Position numbers and translations under genes: made by a program. The notes below the pieces were generated by a model. It was not told the origin of the DNA and searched no databases. It saw nothing but the letters and a program-made list of their open reading frames with translations. A stretch of 64,000 nucleotides of DNA from Nageia nagi (taxonomy: Eukaryota; Plantae; Pinophyta): contig JBITNC010000001.1 in assembly GCA_050084985.1 (NCBI GenBank), positions 118,668,001 to 118,732,000 of the forward strand, written 5' to 3'. The stretch's first letter is position 1, and each line of letters starts with the position of its first letter. Below, piece by piece: positions 55,654 to 64,000 of the stretch.

Positions 55654-56490
55654 TCATAAATCCTTGGAGACTGCCAAATTCACCCCAAACAATCTTACTT
55701 CTGTTTTCAATGTCGTTGGTCGAAAACCGGACAGCGAGTCTTTGTTTTCCTGCAGGTTCTTCATTGGTGGAGGTGGGGTGATACGTTTAAGGTCAAGACA
55801 CAGGTCTCCTGTGCCATCTGAGCAAATGTTGTAGAATCTGGTGGGATCCGTCTGATTCACTGGCTGTGAGAAATATAGAGGAAAGTTAGGATACATGGCT
55901 GCTTCCATCTTACACAAAGGCCATTCAGAAATTGGCCAGAAGATCTGAGTCCACTGGGTTGAGTAAAAAGGGCTCAGGAATCCATAGACCGAAGAAAATG
56001 GCCTCTTCGATTGGAAACCCTGGGTTTCCTGAACGCATGGCCTCCGCCGCCGCGACGTAATGTAAAGCTGATGAGGCCGAGAAGAGTTAGACGTTCCTCT
56101 GTGGAAAGACACAACGTCGCCGGGTTGGAGGTTTTTGTCCTTGACAAAACCGCTCCAGCCCTTTGTCAAAACGTAGCTTCGGCTACTGTTCCAGTATGAG
56201 TACCTAAACTTCCATGCTTTTCCTCCATTGTCTTCAAAATTCAATAGAAGTTCCTTGTCTATGGGATTCTCGTCCATGGGCAAATACTTGTCGGCATGGT
56301 GCTTGGGAATCACCAGACGGTTCAATTTTCCCACGTCGCTGGGCGTTACTACCTTGTCGAACAAATGCTCACGACACAGATTAGAACCCGAATTGCAGAA
56401 CTGGGCCAAGGAAGCGGAGGAAGAAGAAATTTCGCTACGGCATTCTTTTGTTTGGTCATTTTCGTTCGTGATGTTCCGATTGTGCAGCAT
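55654..56490 (-). CDS. AP2-less RAV duplicate: B3 + RLFGV protein (NGATHA-like architecture), or a young pseudogene
   Basis: 278-aa open frame highly similar to the post-AP2 part of the neighbouring RAV; B3 and VRLFGV intact; original ATG and AP2 removed by a ~400-bp deletion at 56502-56520. Confidence 0.7.
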   Translation of the reverse strand: MLHNRNITNENDQTKECRSEISSSSASLAQFCNSGSNLCREHLFDKVVTPSDVGKLNRLVIPKHHADKYLPMDENPIDKELLLNFEDNGGKAWKFRYSYWNSSRSYVLTKGWSGFVKDKNLQPGDVVSFHRGTSNSSRPHQLYITSRRRRPCVQETQGFQSKRPFSSVYGFLSPFYSTQWTQIFWPISEWPLCKMEAAMYPNFPLYFSQPVNQTDPTRFYNICSDGTGDLCLDLKRITPPPPMKNLQENKDSLSGFRPTTLKTEVRLFGVNLAVSKDL

Positions 56491-56519
56491 CTCTAGTTCA
56501 TAGGTAGATAGCTGATTTG

Positions 56520-57150
56520 ATATCCCTCAATTTCTCAAGATCATTAAGCAAACTACATAACTGTTAAAGAATGAAGATGGGTAGCCAGAAAGCAAAACAT
56601 ATATATCGAATACAACGTATGAGAAGGTAGTGAGTGTGTAGGTAGGATTCTTCTGGGTCAACTCCTTGCACACAGCTAACCCAAACCAATCATTTGGGAA
56701 ATGCCAACATTGAAAAACTTAACTAACGTTAGGTGTGCTTGCCCGTATTTTTATTCTACTCTGATATTTATCTCCACGTTACCAGTGGAAACCCAGCCTC
56801 CATACCTGGTGAGGTCCACAAACAAGCCAGGAAACTGTGACAATTGTAAATATATTATATATGGTTTTCGCTTACAACGGCATCTACCCATCATTATGAT
56901 AATCCTGGGGCGGTTTTGACCGGTTTTCTCACCAATCGAGAGCTTCTGAGGATGCCGTATTACTCTGTTCGTTTGATTAAACTGCCTTGGAAGAGGGGAA
57001 TCACAAAGGTTTAAGTGGAGCCAATGAGGCTGCAACGCTTGCAAATTGACTGGGCTTTTTATATATATATATATATATAAATGGAGTTTATCTAACTTCT
57101 AAAATGATTTTCATGGGGTTTAAATCACTATTTAGTTGTGAATAAGTGAG
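56520..57150 (-). promoter_or_regulatory. Retained promoter of the truncated RAV copy (TATA-like at ~56599-56606)
   Basis: Collinear with 46570-47215. Confidence 0.55.
57060..57079. repeat. (TA)n microsatellite
   Basis: About 10 TA units; not present at the paralogous position (~47115-47148). Confidence 0.85.
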
Positions 57151-57399
57151 AGGAATGTGATAAAGGCATTTGATGTTCTTATTAGGTGATATCTTTATTA
57201 GGTGTAGTGTGTGTACTAGTGGGAAGGTTGTTTCTTTTATAGGTGTTTTTATGTAAGTTGTATGGTTTAAAAGGTATACGAGAGTTGTGTATGTTAATCT
57301 TTTTTATGTTTAGTGATGAATTTTATGATCTAAAATTTGGATCCTTACAGTATAACTTATACTTGATGAATGTGAACTTTAATAAAAAGATGAAGTTGA

Positions 57400-58552
57400 A
57401 ATGGTAATTTCTGAATTTGAGGATTTATTCTAAATTCTTAAAGAACTTCCACCTAAAAGAGACATACAACATGAGATTCAATTACATCTTGATGTTGCAC
57501 TTCCTAATATTGGTTTGTATAGACATTCTTTTATGTAAAATGAAAAAATTAAGAAATAAGTCAAGGAATTGCTAGATCAAGGAGTCATTATACCAAGCAC
57601 ATCACCATGTGGTTCTCTTATTGTTATAATTCCAAAGAAAGATGGTACTTGGCATATGTGTGTGGATTACAGGGCATTAAACAAAATCATGGTTAAAAAT
57701 TGATATCCATTGCCACATATTAATGACTTAATGGACCAATTGCAAAAATATAAGTTTTTTGCAAAACTTGATTTAAGGAATGGTTATCATCAAGTATGGG
57801 TTAAGGAAGAGGATATTTGGAAAACTACTTTTAAAACTAGGCAAGGATTATTTGAATGGTTAGTTTATGCAATGCTCCTGCTATTTTATGAGAGTTATGA
57901 ATAGGTTTTGAGGCCTTTCATTGATGATTTTGTTATTATGTATCTTGATTATATTCTCATTTATAGTAATAATTCAAATGATTACGAGGTGCATATTTGT
58001 GAAGTTTTTAAAGTGTTAAGGGAAGCTAAACTCTATTTGAAGATGTCTAAGTGTAATTTTATTAAGAAAAGTTTAATCTATCTTCACCACATTGTAGGTG
58101 AAGGTCAATTGAGGATAGATCCTACCAAGGTTGGGACTATCTTGAAATGTCCTACTCACACTAATGTGATTGAAACTAGGAGTTTTCTTGGAGATGTGCA
58201 ATATTTACAAAAATTTATTGCTAATTTTTCTTATATGGCTTCTCCACTCCATGCTATTATAGGAAAGAGTCATGGATTTCACTGGGAAGGAAAAGAAAAA
58301 CTATGATTTTGATTTTCTTTAAAAGAAAATCAATAATGTTCCATTGCTTGCTTTGCCTAATCTTCAAAAGTTTTTTGAAATTGAAAATAATGCAAGTGAC
58401 TATGCTATGGGTGCAGTTTTATTGTAGGAAAGACATCCAGTTTGTTATCACTCAAAAATGTTCAATAGTGTGGTAAGAAACTATCCCACTGATAAAAAAG
58501 AGTTTTTTGCATTAGTTCAAAGTGTGAAGAAATGAAAATATTATTTGGTTGG
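57400..58552 (+). mobile_element. Gypsy RT-RNase H fragment (chromovirus-like lineage), cut by the Athila insertion
   Basis: LPPKRDIQHEIQL..PSTSPCGS..PKKDGTW.MCVDYRALNK..KLDLRNGYHQV..FKTRQGLFEWLV..YLDYILIYS. Confidence 0.85.
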
Positions 58553-59658
58553 TGGTGAGTACTAAATTTACCTATGTTTTGAATAATTTGGTACCATCTT
58601 ATTTCCCTCTTTAGATTACCCTTCATCCTATTTCTATAAAATGTCATGTGAATAATGCATTATTAAGTTAGATATTAGTATCTAGACTATGTGCTTGATA
58701 AATTAACCCACCAATGTGTCTTGAAGCTTTGAAAATAGGTTCCCACACTAGATATTGGTTAGTTGAAAGCATTTTGTGCTACTACATTTTGTATTCATTG
58801 TTGATTGAATAAGAAGACTAGAAGAAAACCATGGCTAAAGTTTGAGTGGTGCAATAGAGATGTCACCTATGTATCTATATGATACTTGATTGTTGCCAAA
58901 CAGGATTTCGAGAATGATAGTGCCTAAGTTAGTTTAGGACTAACAGACTAATGTCCCATATTTCACATTTTGTATTAAGAACACTTATGATTTAAAATTG
59001 GTATTTGATGCAGCTCCAAGATTTATGCGAGCCAATTTAATTAGATATATATATATTTTGGATAGTAAAAATAATGGGAATTAGTTAGATTATCTATGCA
59101 AGTTCTCAACTTTTTTGGATTATGAAGACTTCATTCGATTGGATTATATGGTACCATTCATGTTTTCACTTTTGTGTTAAGCTTTATGAAAGTGTTGTTC
59201 TATAAACTCTGATATAGCTTTAGTAGTTCCATTAATAGATTAACATGCTTAATAGATGAATGGATGGTAGTGTTTATTTCTTTGAAAGTAAATTGCTAGA
59301 AGTTCTTTTCATTCATAGGTTCATAGAATCATTAGTGTGATGCATTTTAGTTTTCCTATCAATATTATTTGTATGTTTCAATTTTCTTGTTAACATTATT
59401 TGTATTTCCTGTAACTATTGTTTCTTGTTATTACTGGGATTTCCTATTACTATTAAATTCTTATTTTAATATCATTTTGATTTAGTACCCTTCCTATTTA
59501 CAACCTCTCTTAAGAATATAAAAACCCTCACATGCATGCTTTGGGAGTAGAGACAAGGTAGCATGCAGCCCTCCAAGATAACTTTATTATGCATATATAT
59601 TGCATAACCCTTCATAAGATTCCTTCCTAGATTGAAACTATATATAAATGCTTCATCA
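58553..59658 (+). repeat. 5' LTR of Athila-type element
   Basis: TG(G)TGA...TCATCA inverted termini; begins where the upstream Gypsy RNase H breaks off and ends 3 nt before the PBS. Confidence 0.75.
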
Positions 59659-59661
59659 TTT

Positions 59662-59679
59662 TGGCACCATTGCTAGGGA
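59662..59679 (+). other. PBS (tRNA-Asp type)
   Basis: TGGCACCATTGCTAGGGA equals the canonical Athila TGGCGCCGTTGCCGGGGA with only C>T/G>A changes at CG/CCG sites. Confidence 0.85.
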
Positions 59680-62600
59680 AGGTGTTTAAGTAGTAAAGTT
59701 CATATTTTGAGTAGACTAGAATATAGAGGAGTTGTAGAGAAAAAGTCAACATTTTCTTTCTAGATCCCTATGCATTTCTAACTAAATCATATTTCTTTTG
59801 TTAAGATAGTGCATGTATCCTTCCAAAGAAAGAGATGCCACAGGTTGATTCATTAAAAATCAAGAGATAGAAAATTACTTCCAAATTCCACTAGAAGAAT
59901 CTATTAGTAGTAGACAAAATACCATAAGAGCGGAAACCATTGAAGAGATAGATTCAACAGATCATAGGTTTGAGGAAGAAGATAATAATATCATGGGAGA
60001 TAATAATCAAGCTATATTTTAGTTCCCTATCAATCCTCTTGCTAATGAGACCAGGCTCAAATCCATCCCTCATGTAGTAATCCCCATATTTTTAGGAAAT
60101 TCAAATGAAGAACTCGATGTCTTCTTATTCAAGTTTGATGTTATGCAGAATGTATGATTATACTATGAACACACACAAACTCAAATTATTTCCTTGAACA
60201 CTCAAATTTCAAGCTCTAAAATGGTTTATTGGACTTGAAAATAAAAGAATTACCACATGGAATGCCATGAATATAGAATTCTTCAACAATATCAGGACTA
60301 CTTTGGAGGGAGAGAAATAAAAGATGAAGTTCCAAGGATGTAACAAAAAGAAGATGAGACATTAGAAGGCTATTTGGAGAAGTTTCAATTTAGCCTCCAA
60401 CATTTCAAACACCCTACCATGCCAGAAGATACACTAAATGTAATATTTCTTAAAGGCATGATGGATGAATATTTAGATGCATTAAATTTAATATCAAGAG
60501 GAGATATATTTCATCTTAGTTTTGATGATATTAAGAGCTTGTGTCAAAATTACTCAAGAGTCATAGTGAGGAAGGGCAAGGTTTCCAAAGCTATAGGGGT
60601 GGTAAAAGAAAATAAGTCCAAAAATGCTAGTGGAGTTATAAAAGGAGATATTTCTAATCTACTTGAAGACTTTAATACATATATACTCTCCACCTTTTCT
60701 AATTCATTGCACTAGTTCACTATAATAAAGAAAAAGAGGAAGCTAAAAAGCTCCTATCTATTTATTATCTCAAATATGTAAAACAACATGCTCAAAATGA
60801 ATGTCCTTTAAATGAGACAAATATATGCAACATCTATTAGGATTCTCATAAAATAGATGATTGCCTAACATTACCTCAAATCAAGAATATTTATCAACTT
60901 GGCTTTGAGGAATATAAGGATGTCAATATGATAAATCAAAGGAGATTTGGTGAATAGTATATTCTATAAAATATACCATTAAATCAACCACAAATGTAGT
61001 TAATTGGAAATTCATAGCAAGTGCAATACAATGGACCTTACCAAAGAAGGTAAACCTTTTTCTAGCAACCCATGTAGCAACATGGAGGATATGTGCCATA
61101 CAATCAATAATAATTTTTCTAGCAGATGCCACAACAAATTTAGCAACCCATGCAATAACCATTTTATTAGTAATAACAATTGTTACCATCACCTACACTT
61201 CCTCCTGCACCACAATAACAAATGATTCAATTTCCTCAACAACAACAACATAGGCATCCAATTCAATTACCAACTCAACCACTTGCAAATCCCACTAACA
61301 ACAGAGGTGCTCATGTATGTTATGTTCAAGATAATGAGACATATGTTGCAAATGTTATCAAAAGAAGATTAGGAAGAATGTTCCAAGATTCAACACCATC
61401 GATAATAGAGAAAGTAGAAGAGGATGGACCTATTGACACACAAGGACATAACTTTTAGGAGCTAATTCAATAGCAATCTTAGAAAGGTAATGCTCCACCC
61501 TTTCCTAAATGATTGGAACAATCTATCCCAATTAAAATAGATGAGTAGCCAAGATTTGATATAATGAATGAGATGAAAAATATGTGTGTCAAAATACCTC
61601 TTCTTGAAGCATTAAAAGATGTACCTATATATGCAAAAGCAGTCAAATAGGTGTATACCAAAAGACTAGGAAGGAACAAGCAAGAGCCCAAGATAATACA
61701 TGTTATAGGGAAATTGGCCAAGCTTATGTTAGAAAAATTGATAGTCCCAATATATGTTGACCCAAGCAACCCTATTTTCATAATTACAATTGGAGACCTT
61801 AAATGTACTGGTGAATTTGGGAGCTACCATAAATTTTGTGATATTTGAAATAATTACAAGAATTGGATGCACTTAGGTGACACCTACTAGCATAGTACTT
61901 CAAATGGCAAATAGATCCACCATTCTACCCTATGGCATAGCTGAGGATATTCTTGTAGTAGTGGATTCATAGGAATATCCAATGGACTTCATGATTGTAA
62001 AGATCAAATCCAATATGGCAAGATACCCCATAATACTTGGAAGACCATGGTTAGTAACAATAGATGCATACATTGAGTATCAAATAGAGAATATATCAAT
62101 TTCAAATGGTGAGTATAAGAAAAATATTATCATTTATTCTCCAGCAAAGCCAACAAATGCAAAAATTCCATTATGGGTTGAACATATTGATAATGACAAT
62201 TCAATAATGTCTATACTCACATTGGGCTAAAGACCCTTCATATAGGAATATGATGAAGATAATGTGTTGGAATGGCATATGAATGATATCCCTTATCAAC
62301 ATGGAAATAAATGTGCCATTCAATCATCCCTATCTTTAGAAGAGCTAGATGATGAGCCTTATTTGATAGAATCAGAAGAAGAAACCTTACTACAAAAGAT
62401 AATAGACATTCTTTTGGAGAAACACCTAAACATCAACAACACAATATCAACTGAAGAAGAGAAAAGAATATTAGATGTGTTCGTTAAACATAACACTGCA
62501 TTTGCATGGACATATGAGGACATGCAAGGGATCAACCCTTAGGTGTGCACACATCATATTTATATGCATGATAACTCTAGGACAATTAAATAATCACCAA

Positions 62601-64000
62601 GAAGGTTAAACCTTGCAATTAAAGAAATGGTGAAAGAGGAAATACAAAAACTACTATAAGTTGGTTTTATCTATCCTCTATATGATAGTGAATGGGTGTC
62701 ACCCTTAGTAGTTATCCCTAAGAAGAATGGAAAATGGTAGATATGTATTGATTACAGAGAGTTGAACAAAGCAACAAGGAAAGATCACTTCCCTCTTCCC
62801 TACATAGACCAAGTCTTAGATAATCTTTTAGGTAAAAAATACTTCTCTTTTCTTGATGGTTTCAATAGTTACAACTAGAACCATGTTGCATAAAATGATC
62901 AAGAAAAGACTATGTTTACTTTCCCATGGTGTACATTTGTATATAAGATCCTATTTTTCATCCTATGTAATGCACTAGCTACATTTTAGAGATTAGTCCT
63001 TAGCATTTTTAGTGATCTATCAGATTATGTAGAAGTCTATATGGATGACTTCACTACAATAGGTGAAGCATTTGAACAAGCACTACAATATTTGGAGAAA
63101 GTCTTACAAAGATGTAAAGATACCAACCTTTCACTTAGAAATGAAAAATGACACATTATGATGATAAAAGTTATACTTTTGGGGCATCATGTCTCACCAA
63201 AAGGCCTTAAGGTGGATCCAATGAAGATGAGGTAATTCAGAACCTTCCAACTCTACAAAGAGTAAAAGATGTGAGAAATTTTTTATGTTATGTTGGATAC
63301 TATAGGAGATTTGTGAAGGACTTTAGCAAAATAGTAGCACCTTTATTTAACTTGCTAACAAAAGAAAATGAGTTTAAATGGACTCCTACATGTCAAAAGG
63401 CATTCAAATAATTAAAAGAAATCCTAATAACAACACAAGTTTGACAAGGATCAAACTGGAAACTTCCATTTCATATATATACAGATGCATTGAACATAGC
63501 CTTGGGAGCAATATTGGGCCAAAAGGAAGATAAGCACTATCATGTTATATACTACATAAGCAAAATCCTCAAAGGAGAAGGGCTAAACTATATAGTGATA
63601 GAGAAGGAATTCCTAGCAATCATCCATTCCATAAATAAGTTTAGGCATTACATTATAGGGTACCCAATGTTTATGTGCATAGACCACTTAGCCATTTGAT
63701 ACTTGATGAACAAGCCTATACAAAATGGAAGAATAATCAGATGGCTTCTCCTCTTGAAAGAATTTGATGTGTAAATAGTTGACAAAATAGGAAAAGAAAA
63801 TATTGCTACTTACTTTTTATCTAGAGTGCCACACCAAATCGATGAAGAATTTGTTGATGACTATTTTCTAGATGAGCACCTATTCACTATCACAACTCAG
63901 ACACCTTGGTTTGCTGATATTGCAAACTACTTGGTCATAAGGAAGCTCTCTCAACACTTTACTTCAAATGAGAAATCTAGACTTATAAGGTAAAGCTCAT

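Larger units (their letters stand above)
52976..57327. repeat. Second unit of a tandem segmental duplication (paralogous to ~38455-47485)
   Basis: Same order: LINE ORF2 piece, RAV 3' flank, RAV CDS, promoter and upstream sequence, ending at the shared ATGTTTAGTGATGAATTTTA. Confidence 0.92.
58553..64000 (+). mobile_element. Athila-type Gypsy LTR retrotransposon (5' LTR, PBS, degenerate gag-pol), continues beyond the window
   Basis: LTR 58553-59658 (TGGTGAG...TCATCA); Asp-tRNA-type PBS; gag ~59990-60900; protease PIILGRPWL (~62030); RT SEWVSPLVVIPKKNG and VYMDDF; RNase H ALGAILGQ..EKEFLAI. Confidence 0.9.

Noticed and set aside
56701-57044. ORFs upstream of the truncated RAV as a possible replacement first exon
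   Set aside because: They lie in promoter sequence upstream of the TATA-like box, are not annotated as ORFs in the paralog, and show no recognisable domain.

Overview
AT-rich, CpG-depleted plant nuclear DNA. Transposon types and gene style suggest a large-genome seed plant such as a gymnosperm (inference only). Most of the window is nested, decayed retroelements: a Tat/Ogre-type Gypsy pol remnant, interrupted by a complete 10.2-kb non-autonomous LTR element (203-10404, TSD GGTAT) that carries gag, an antisense plant-mobile-domain (PMD) ORF remnant and a PPR-gene fragment; two L1-type LINEs; a SIRE/Maximus-like Copia (22077-30067); two copies of a TIR (MITE-like) element; a probable solo LTR; a non-autonomous Gypsy derivative; a Gypsy RT fragment; and an Athila-type element running off the right end. 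The only host genes are an intact intronless RAV (AP2+B3+RLFGV) transcription factor (45322-46509, minus) and its tandem segmental duplicate (55654-56490, minus). The duplicate lost the start codon and the whole AP2 domain but keeps an open B3+RLFGV frame, an in-frame ATG and its promoter, giving an NGATHA-like architecture. All calls are by eye; no alignments or database searches were run.
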